Part shown: piece by piece, positions 1 to 8,800 of the stretch | How the letters are laid out: each line of letters begins with the position of its first letter | How positions within the stretch are numbered: position 1 is the stretch's first letter | Origin: Promethearchaeota archaeon | GTDB lineage: Archaea > Asgardarchaeota > Lokiarchaeia > Sigyniarchaeales > SOKP01 | Reading direction: 5' to 3' | Length of the DNA stretch: 23,020 nt | NCBI GenBank assembly: GCA_019058365.1 | Contig: JAHPZE010000047.1 | Location: forward strand, 1-23,020 | The notes under the pieces: generated by a model | Told to the model about the DNA's origin: nothing | The model's database searches: none | The model's input: the letters and a program-made list of their open reading frames with translations, nothing else | Program-made: the position numbers and the translations under genes

Positions 1-22
1 AAACCAAGATACCGAAATATTT

Positions 23-42
23 AAAACCCATCACTGGGTTTT
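23..42. terminator. Perfect 8-bp hairpin, possible terminator
   Basis: AAAACCCA-TCAC-TGGGTTTT, located 30 nt beyond the stop codon of the 73..666 gene. Confidence 0.3.
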
Positions 43-72
43 GTAACTACCCAAATAATTTATTCAATATAT

Positions 73-666
73 TTAGTGTAAAATATCAGTTTTTTTAAGC
101 TTTTTTATTTCTATGAGTATATCTTTCCAAAATTTAATTCTTATGATATTTTTATTACAAATTGAAACTTTATTCCAAGGTTGATCAAATAAAAATAAGG
201 TTATATCTTTCTTTTTCTTAATTGGTTCAATTAAGTTCGGATTATCATCAATATATAAATCATATTCATACTTTAACTTTAAATCATAGGGCTTTTCATC
301 TACTAATATAATACGATCATATGATTGTCCCTTATTAATATTATATTTCAGTAAAATCTGTATTAATTGAGATTTGAAATTATGATTCCTTGCTGAAAGG
401 ATATCTACATGATGATCTTTTTTAATTATGCGTAAATATTCTGGAATTTTTTCATCAATTAATGAGATTGAGAACTTATTATTATAAATTTGATAGAAAA
501 TTTCGTATACTTGATTCTCATATATGCCCCAATTTTTATAGAACTCCCATTGAGTTATATCACTCTTCTTATAAGTAGTATTATAATTATGGTTAAATAT
601 ATTAAGAAATACGCTTATTAAGTCAAAAATAACTCCATCCACGTCAACAGCAATTTTCATTATCAT
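73..666 (-). CDS. HAD-superfamily 5'(3')-deoxyribonucleotidase (NT5C-like)
   Basis: HAD motif I IAVDVDGVIFD at the N-terminus, motif II ILSAR, motif IV LYIDDNP, C-terminal LFDQPWN typical of NT5C-like proteins. Confidence 0.85.
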   Translation of the reverse strand: MIMKIAVDVDGVIFDLISVFLNIFNHNYNTTYKKSDITQWEFYKNWGIYENQVYEIFYQIYNNKFSISLIDEKIPEYLRIIKKDHHVDILSARNHNFKSQLIQILLKYNINKGQSYDRIILVDEKPYDLKLKYEYDLYIDDNPNLIEPIKKKKDITLFLFDQPWNKVSICNKNIIRIKFWKDILIEIKKLKKTDILH

Positions 667-718
667 ATTTTGTTTTTTAAATTAATTATATAAACTTATT
701 AAATTAGAAATATGAGAT

Positions 719-1552
719 CTAACCAAAATAGGTTAGAATTAATCCCAATATTTGACCCTCATGAGTTAAGCTAAATTTTTTTTGTCTACCATGGGTCTTC
801 TCATTTATGAAATTTCGTGCCTTTAATGCCTTAATGTGATGTCCATACTTCATTTTAATTGTCTTATCATATGCATCGTGTCCTAATTCTCTCAAAAGAT
901 TCATGAAAGTTATCATCTCTCCCTTATCTCCATTAGTCATTTTCCGTAGAGTTTTTAAAATGTCTTTTTTTTGTTCAGTTAGGACTTCTGTAGGATATAC
1001 AGGTACATCTACATTTTTGTAACTTTCTTTATTTTTTTTATAGGTAATTCCATATTTCTCATACTTTTCTTTTATCTCATTCTTACCGATATCTGGGCTA
1101 AATAAATCATTGACTGTATAATGGGATGCATCAATATAAAATAATTTTACTAAATCATGTTTAAATGAACCAACGTACATCGCAGCACTAACAAATAGTT
1201 TAGTTGAAGTCGAAACATTAATCCAAATTTCATCAGCATGATACTCATTAATTTCTTTTGAGATAATACGACATAATTCTTCAATAATTGGTTCTAGTTG
1301 AATGAGAACTGTTTCAATAACAATTGGGGTACAAATTAATGAATTAATAAAATGTTCATAAAGTTTATCAACAAATTTTTTTGCTATTTCTATCATCTCT
1401 TTATCAGGATCAGCCTCATTTGTTAATTCTTTAAAGCTTTTAAGTAAATATATTATATTACATGGGTGATGAACGACACCTTCTATAATTCTATCATATT
1501 CAAACCCCACCGGCGCTATTTGTACTTTTCTAGTCATTTTTCTTACCTTCAT
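719..1552 (-). CDS. DUF6293/HFX_2341-type transcriptional regulator (CARF/Csa3-like Rossmann domain + C-terminal winged HTH)
   Basis: N-terminal VQIAPVGFEYDRI, central IWINVSTSTKLF and VPVYP linker, C-terminal wHTH (HHIKALKARNFINEKTHGRQKKFSLTHEG). Confidence 0.8.
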   Translation of the reverse strand: MKVRKMTRKVQIAPVGFEYDRIIEGVVHHPCNIIYLLKSFKELTNEADPDKEMIEIAKKFVDKLYEHFINSLICTPIVIETVLIQLEPIIEELCRIISKEINEYHADEIWINVSTSTKLFVSAAMYVGSFKHDLVKLFYIDASHYTVNDLFSPDIGKNEIKEKYEKYGITYKKNKESYKNVDVPVYPTEVLTEQKKDILKTLRKMTNGDKGEMITFMNLLRELGHDAYDKTIKMKYGHHIKALKARNFINEKTHGRQKKFSLTHEGQILGLILTYFG

Positions 1553-1585
1553 ATAAAATTAAATATTTATTAGAATAGTATAAAG

Positions 1586-1604
1586 GTAAGAATTTAAATC
1601 TTAC
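1586..1604. promoter_or_regulatory. Palindromic operator candidate in a divergent promoter region
   Basis: GTAAGA-ATTTAAA-TCTTAC perfect inverted repeat within the 68-bp gap between divergent genes 719..1552 and 1621..1962. Confidence 0.45.
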
Positions 1605-1620
1605 TATTATCATTTATCTT

Positions 1621-1962
1621 ATGATGGTTAACAATAAATTAAAGTATATTCAACGGAGTATTTTACGTCCAAAACTTCAACATCGTTGTACGTGTTGTGC
1701 AAAAATATGTGTTAGATCTCAAGTACTAGTAAGTTTTGGTGTAAATGACTCTAATAATGAGCGAATATTATTAAAAGATTTAAAAGTTGAAGAAATTTCC
1801 ATAGATCATATATGGGTTAAATGTGAAGAATTAAATGATGTTAAGAGATATAGGAAAGGTCTTACTATTACTTTTACTGCTTTAATATCATCGTACCAAA
1901 AAATAGGTGGACGAGTAGGTATTGGTCTCTTTGATATAAAAGATATTGAAATTGAAAATTAA
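1621..1962 (+). CDS. Hypothetical protein, beta-rich (possibly OB-fold-like)
   Basis: 113-aa ORF with pattern ILLKDL..DHIWV..G..ITFTA.I.SY.K, resembling small uncharacterised mobile-element proteins. Confidence 0.55.
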   Translation: MMVNNKLKYIQRSILRPKLQHRCTCCAKICVRSQVLVSFGVNDSNNERILLKDLKVEEISIDHIWVKCEELNDVKRYRKGLTITFTALISSYQKIGGRVGIGLFDIKDIEIEN

Positions 1963-2080
1963 CTTTTGCTAGTGAGAAATAAACTAAAGTTATCAGTCTA
2001 CTGTATTTATATTTAAGAGTATTCTTCATTATTATAAATAAGACAAAAAAGTAAATCAAAAAATAATAGGTTTTTTAAAA

Positions 2081-2860
2081 ATGTATTTCTATTTAAAAAC
2101 AGAAATCGAGAAAAATGCCCCTTTTAAAAATTACGTTGTAAAAAGGATACATTGTCCTACTTGTGGTAAAATACAAATAAAGAAAGTCTTCAAAAACCAC
2201 TTTTATACAAAATATAAATGCTGGAATAAAAAGTGTGAGAGAAAGGATATACCGTTTGTTCTAATTAATGATTATTTAAAAAATGAAAGTATCTTCAATG
2301 GCAAATGTGAGTTATGCAATCAAGAGTATTATCGTGAGTTTATAGAAAATGATGAGATCTGGGGTAAACTTATCTTTAAATGTACTAATGATAAATGTGA
2401 TGAATCAAATTATGAACTTTCTTATGATCTTGAAAATGAAGAATGGATAAAGAGAGATATCCTTTCAGATTGTGAATATCACTATATTCATTGGTATCTA
2501 TATAGAAATCCGGGTAAAAAAGAATTTGATATCCTCCATAACTATTTTTACGAAAAAGATTTTGTAATAGTAAAGGAAGATTCAGAAAAGAGTACTCTTG
2601 ATTATCGTAATTTCTTAGAAAATAATACTTCAATTCATTTCAAAATTTCTGTTAAACATTGGGGCTTTGGAATAAGCTGTCATAAAGACATAGAAATTCA
2701 TACAAAAGCAAAATTTGATAATCAAGCAATGAAAATCCTGTCAAAATTATATTTAATCCTTAAAGAAGAAAAATCTGGTAGATGTTTCATGCTTCCCAGA
2801 GAAAGTGAAAAATATAAACAATTTCTTAGAAATAAATTCAATTATAGAACAAATGGGTAA
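2081..2860 (+). CDS. Double zinc-ribbon protein with uncharacterised C-terminal domain
   Basis: Four Cys pairs: CPTC, CWNKKC, CELC, CTNDKC; stop lies 6 nt before the next start codon. Confidence 0.7.
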   Translation: MYFYLKTEIEKNAPFKNYVVKRIHCPTCGKIQIKKVFKNHFYTKYKCWNKKCERKDIPFVLINDYLKNESIFNGKCELCNQEYYREFIENDEIWGKLIFKCTNDKCDESNYELSYDLENEEWIKRDILSDCEYHYIHWYLYRNPGKKEFDILHNYFYEKDFVIVKEDSEKSTLDYRNFLENNTSIHFKISVKHWGFGISCHKDIEIHTKAKFDNQAMKILSKLYLILKEEKSGRCFMLPRESEKYKQFLRNKFNYRTNG

Positions 2861-2866
2861 ATAATA

Positions 2867-5803
2867 ATGAATTTCCTTAGGAGCTTAAGAGTTAAACTTA
2901 GAAAATATTTAAAAAAGTTAAAAAATAAGTTAAAAATATCAAGAGTTAAACCCGCTCTAAGCTTTACAATTAAACCTAATGAAAAGAAAGCAGAAGTAGT
3001 TCTAAAAAAGACAGAAGTTCCAAAAATAGAAATGGAACAATTAATAATACCAAAAAAAACACAAAAACCTTATATTAAAAAAACACCACCTAAATTAGGA
3101 AAAAAAGAGAAAAATAAAAAAAAAAGGAGTTCCTTAAGGAAAGAAAAAAAAGATCTCATAGTAGATTTGGGTAAAATATTCTCTAAATCTAGAAAAACCA
3201 AAAAAGGAAGAGAATCTGAAAGATTAAGAGTAGATAGCGAAATTCGGAAAGTTTCAACTGATATTCGTAGCCCATTTATAGAATTTAATTTTTCAGAAAT
3301 TACAATCAATTTGGTCATTCCTAAACAAATCATTAATTTAACTTCCCCTATTAGTTCAGTAGTCTATCATATAAAAATTAATGAAGATAATTTTAAGGAA
3401 ACTGCTAGTATAAAGCAATTAAATAACACCTATTATGAAGTAGAGAAACGAGAAATTGCATTGCATGAGCCTCTACAAAGTTTTCAAATAACATATCCAA
3501 TCTTATTTAAAAATGTAAAGTATAGTTTTAATTATTATCATAAAGATACTGATCTTTATATTTTTAGTGGACGATATCAAGATCGGGCTAAAATGATTGA
3601 GCTGTGGGATAAAGAAGGAAAATTAAATTTAATCCCTAAGAAGAAATTATGGATATTTCATCCCGATATTTATGAACTAGGAGTAGAATATAATTTAGCT
3701 GAAGATTTGTGGATCTGGAATTATAATACTCCTAAACTTGTAGATTTAAGAGAAAAATCCTTCATATATTTAAAAAATAGAGAGACTGGTCAACTAAAGA
3801 AATTTGCTTGTGATGTAAGTTTTCATCTTGAGGGTGAACAGACACCAAGCGACGACTTTGATGAAGAATTTCCATTATTTACAGGTAGAGAGATATCTCT
3901 AATCTCTCCTAGGATAAATCCAGATGGTTGGGTCATCTGGCTTCAAAATAAAGAAATTGGTTCATATAAACTTAATGACAACTGGAGTGGAGAAAATCCT
4001 TTTGTTCTAAAGTGCCATGAAGATCTAAGGATATTAGAAGGGACATTTCAACTAGATATTGCAGATAAGGGTATGAGAATACCAATTGAGACAATACATT
4101 TTCGTTATGCTTTTCATATAGAATGTGAATATCCAAGAGATTTAGTAATTCCTACCCGTGATGGACATAAAAATGAACTAGTATGTATTGGTTTAGAAGA
4201 ATCAATTGAAAATTGGAATATTTTAATAGATTCGGATGTACATATTAAAGAGGATTATGATAATAATCAGTATCAAATTATCATTCCTAAGATTCAAGAT
4301 ACTGTTAATTTTTCTTTAAAGAAAGATAAAAGTGACATTAAAAAATTAAATTTCGAAATTACAATTCCAAGATTAAAGTGGAGAATTGGGAATCAAAAAG
4401 AATGGACTGGTAAAATTTTGGAGAAGAATAGAAACACTTTAACAGCTGGAATTGACTTATTTTTAGAAGTAAATACCAATGATTATAACAACTCATATAA
4501 AATAATGATTCAATTATTTTCTGCTGAAAAAAACCAACTATTACAAGAAACCACACTTTCTATGGAGAATATTTATCATTCATGCAATCTAAATCGATTT
4601 TTTGATACAATTTTGACTAATTATAATCATTTATTTTTATCATTAGAAATAATTAATAGAACAACTGATAAAAGATATCCTCTAGTAAATATTTTAGAAT
4701 TTCCAGATAGAGATCCTATTAAAAGATTGTATAAATCTCTCTTAGAATTTCAAAGAGATAGAATTGAAGAATTCTATCAATATTACAAAAATTATTGTAG
4801 TAAAAACAATGAGACCAAAGAGTTTTCTGTCAATGAATTATTTGAGGTTTTAACTTTATCATTTAATCAATCAAAATCGTTAAAGGAAACAGGACTAATA
4901 TATAAATTATTATCAAAAATTAACGATACCTTCAGAAAAGGTTTTGAGAACAGTTTATTAGGATTATTTAAAAATATTATTTTGAAAATGGGAAATACAG
5001 GGATTGAAATTAAAGATAGAATAGAGTATTTAGAATTTTGTATTGATTTTGAAAACTATTTCGATATTCCACCTCCAAATACAAAAGATGTTTTAAATCT
5101 AATTTTAAAGAAAGAAATCAATGTAATTAATGATAATTATTTATATTATAATCGATTATGTAAAATTTTTAAGCCAGATATTTCCAATTTTGATGATATT
5201 CGTAAAAATCTATTTAAAAAGCAATTATATAAAGGAGTAAAAATATTAAAAAATGCGAATGATAATTTTAAAGATAATATGTATCTAAAATGTTGTGAAT
5301 CAAGTTACAAAGCAGCATTTATTATGCTCAAGGCGCTTCTATTTTTTGAGCACATATATCCAAAAGATAAATCTTATTTAAGCATTACTCAGATGTATTT
5401 AATTGCCTTTAGAGAGAATTTTAGTAAGTATTTAGATAATTTCAAAAAATTACGAGAGAAAAATTTTAATTTAAAACAAAACCATGCTTGGTATGCCTAT
5501 AAAAATTCCGAAAAGATTTTTAGGAAAATTAAACGACGTTATGATTTCATATACCCCCAACTTAAAAATCCTAAAAATCAAAAGACCAGTCTAGATAATT
5601 TTGAATGGCGCTTTCCTAAAAATGACATTCCAGATGTCATTAGATCTTATATTAAAAAAATTCAAAAATATAAAACAACATATCATTCAAATTTTTGTCC
5701 ACTTCCTCCAGGCTTAATAAAATTAGGTATTCGTGAAATAAATATTAGATATGATAAAGAAGAAATTCTCGTATATGGTCTACAAAAAAAAATGAGAAAA
5801 TAA
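2867..5803 (+). CDS. Large helicase-partner protein (Druantia DruH/DruF-like position) with Lys-rich N-terminus, beta-rich core and HEPN-like C-terminal domain
   Basis: 978-aa ORF directly upstream (15-nt gap) of a DUF1998 helicase; nt ~5228-5545 encode ILKNANDNFKDNMYLKCCESSYKAAFIMLKALL...FKKLR...AWYAYKNSEKIF, matching the helical HEPN pattern. Confidence 0.6.
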   Translation: MNFLRSLRVKLRKYLKKLKNKLKISRVKPALSFTIKPNEKKAEVVLKKTEVPKIEMEQLIIPKKTQKPYIKKTPPKLGKKEKNKKKRSSLRKEKKDLIVDLGKIFSKSRKTKKGRESERLRVDSEIRKVSTDIRSPFIEFNFSEITINLVIPKQIINLTSPISSVVYHIKINEDNFKETASIKQLNNTYYEVEKREIALHEPLQSFQITYPILFKNVKYSFNYYHKDTDLYIFSGRYQDRAKMIELWDKEGKLNLIPKKKLWIFHPDIYELGVEYNLAEDLWIWNYNTPKLVDLREKSFIYLKNRETGQLKKFACDVSFHLEGEQTPSDDFDEEFPLFTGREISLISPRINPDGWVIWLQNKEIGSYKLNDNWSGENPFVLKCHEDLRILEGTFQLDIADKGMRIPIETIHFRYAFHIECEYPRDLVIPTRDGHKNELVCIGLEESIENWNILIDSDVHIKEDYDNNQYQIIIPKIQDTVNFSLKKDKSDIKKLNFEITIPRLKWRIGNQKEWTGKILEKNRNTLTAGIDLFLEVNTNDYNNSYKIMIQLFSAEKNQLLQETTLSMENIYHSCNLNRFFDTILTNYNHLFLSLEIINRTTDKRYPLVNILEFPDRDPIKRLYKSLLEFQRDRIEEFYQYYKNYCSKNNETKEFSVNELFEVLTLSFNQSKSLKETGLIYKLLSKINDTFRKGFENSLLGLFKNIILKMGNTGIEIKDRIEYLEFCIDFENYFDIPPPNTKDVLNLILKKEINVINDNYLYYNRLCKIFKPDISNFDDIRKNLFKKQLYKGVKILKNANDNFKDNMYLKCCESSYKAAFIMLKALLFFEHIYPKDKSYLSITQMYLIAFRENFSKYLDNFKKLREKNFNLKQNHAWYAYKNSEKIFRKIKRRYDFIYPQLKNPKNQKTSLDNFEWRFPKNDIPDVIRSYIKKIQKYKTTYHSNFCPLPPGLIKLGIREINIRYDKEEILVYGLQKKMRK

Positions 5804-5818
5804 ATAGTGTGAGATAAA

Positions 5819-8800
5819 ATGCCAATTAATCCAATAGAATTAACAAAAGATATTCAACAAAATTATGCAAATTACCTTTCAGGTACCTTTTACATAAAAG
5901 ATCAGAATTTAAGGAATATAATTATTAAGGAAATTGAGAGTTATCCTTTCATAAAAGGACCTTATTTGGAGTCTATACCACCGTTTAAGAAGGGTGAATA
6001 CTTAAAAGATTTTATCAAAAAGGGTCTTCTTAGCAATATTTTTACAAATTTTATCTACGAGGCTCTTCCTTACCTAAGAGATAATCCATTATATCTGCAT
6101 CAAGATAAAGCAATTCGGAAATTATTAGATAATCGTAATTTAATCATATCTTCAGGTACGGGTAGTGGTAAAACAGAATGTTTTCTTATTACAATCTACA
6201 ATCATCTGTTAAGAGAATACGAGGAGAACATGTATCTTGAACCCGGAGTTCGTGCTTTATTACTATATCCTATGAATGCATTAGCAAATGATCAATTGAG
6301 AAGACTTAGAGAAATAACAAAAGTGATGGAGGAAAAAATCCCAGACGTAAAAATTACATTTGGTAGGTATACAGGAGATACTAAAGATGAAAGTAGAGAG
6401 AGTGCAACACAAAGATTCATGCAGAGATTTCCTAATCAAACTCCCGCTGAAAACGAGCTTCTAACAAGGGGAGAAATGCAAGAAACACCTCCACATATTC
6501 TTATAACAAATTATGCAATGTTGGAATATTTACTTATAAGACCTGGTGATAAGAAATTTTTTGACGGGGAATATGCAAAAAGTTGGAAATTTCTTGTATT
6601 GGATGAGGCTCATATTTATAATGGAGCAAAGGGTATAGAAATGGCTTTACTGATCCGACGCTTAAAAGATAGAGTTTGTAAAAATATGAAAGGAGATTTG
6701 CTGTGCATAGCTACAAGTGCTACCTTAGTATCCGAGGCTGAAGACTATACTAAGGTAACGAAGTTTGCAAGCGATTTATTTGGAGAACTCTTTGAATGGG
6801 ATGAAAATGAAAAAAATAAGCAAGATATTATAGAAGGTAAAAGATTGGATATAGAATTAAGTCAAGCTACAGAAAGTTTCCCTCTTAATATCTACTCCTC
6901 TTTACATTCTCTAATTTTTGAGGAAAGTATTGATAAGGTACAAAGTATATATGACATGCTTAAAGAGCAAGGTATCGAAAAAGAGATTTTAGAAGTCGCA
7001 AGAAAGGAATCAAACAGAGATCTAAAAAAGTTTGTTTATAATTTTCTGGCTTTTGATAAGCGAATTTTGGATTTAAAAATGATATTAAAAGATGGTTCTA
7101 AAGATCTTGACAAATTTATGAAAATTATTTTACAAAAGGAAAATCCAAGTAAAACTGAAAGACAATCAATTATAGACCTAATTAATCTTTCTGTATGGGC
7201 AAAGATAGATGATGATTCCCTACCTTTACTACCTGCACGGTATCATCTTTTTATCCGGGCTCCAGAAGGTATTTTTATATCTTTTTATCCAACCGAACAA
7301 ATCTTTTTGGAAAGGAGAGAAGAAACACATGATAAAAAACCCGTATTTGAATTGGCTGCATGTAGGCGATGTGGTCAAGAATATTTTGTTGGCTTTATTA
7401 AGGATAATGAGTTAAAGCATAGTTTTTCGGAATTACCTCTGTCTGAAAGAGGAAATGATAAGATTACTAATCAATATTTTATCTTTTGGCCAAAAAGTAT
7501 CGAATTCGAGGAGGATGAGGATCAAGAAATCTCACTCCCGGAAGACCTTTCAATAAAAGGGGAACAGTGGGAATTATGTATAAAATGTGGAAGGATTTAT
7601 AAAAATGATGAGCTAAAATGTAAATGTCAAGATGATGTTCCTATAAAGCGTACTTTAATAGAAATAAAACCAAAAAATATAGAATTAAATAAATGCTATT
7701 CATGCAGTCATCGTTCTCCATTTGGGATTGTTAGGAAGTTTATATTTAATCAGAATGATTTAAATTCTGTTTTAGTAACGGTACTATATCAAAATCTAAA
7801 TAAAACTATTATTGAGAATAATGAATTAAAAAAAATTCTGGCCTTTTCCGACAGTCGACAAGGAGCAGCATATTTCGCTCCTTTTTTGCAAGCTGAATAT
7901 GATAAAATCTTGTTCCGTAGGCTTATCATTAAAGCTTTAGATGCAAATATTAAATATAAGGATTATGGGTTATCCTCCTTATATCAGGATGTTTCGATGC
8001 TAGCTCGAAATTATAATTTGCTTGAACATAATCTTGATGATAAACAAAGGTCACAAATCGTATGGAGATGGATAATTCATGAATTTTGTGCTTTATTTGA
8101 TAATAAGCGTAATTCGCTAGAAAGAGTTGGTATGCTTTTCTTTAAACCATCAACACCTAAGAACTGGGTGCCTCCCCCTGAATTGTTAAACCCACCTTGG
8201 AGTCTTACCGAGCAAGAAGTGATCAATCTTTATTATTTTCTACTGAACACTATGAGATATAATTTTGCAATCACTTTGCCAAGTGAAGTCGGATTAGATC
8301 CTTCCGATGCCTTTTTCAGACCTCTTAATAAAGAATATAAATTTCGTGGTGAAATTTCAGATTCAAAGAAACATATCCATTCTTTTATACCTTCAAAAAG
8401 ATATCTGAATAGCAGATTGGATATTGTAAAAAAATTATTTAATAAAATAGTCAATAGAAACGATGAAGATAATGAATACAAGAAAATTTTGGGAATAATT
8501 TGGAATGATTTAAGATCTAATTGGAGAGGACACGGTATTTTTGGATTTAATATACCTAAAGAAGGAATTGTATTTCAATTAGATCATAATTATTGGAGGG
8601 TGGTAAGACGACGCCAAGATGAACAATGGTACTTTTGCGACAAATGCGGGATTATCTTACCTTTTTCAGTTAGGGGTGTTTGTCCTACTTTTAATTGTTT
8701 GGGAGAAGTAAGAATAATCGATACTGAATTTGAAAAATCTCTAAAATATAATTTTTATAGAACCATGTACAGTAAATTTAATCCAATAAAAATGATCAGT

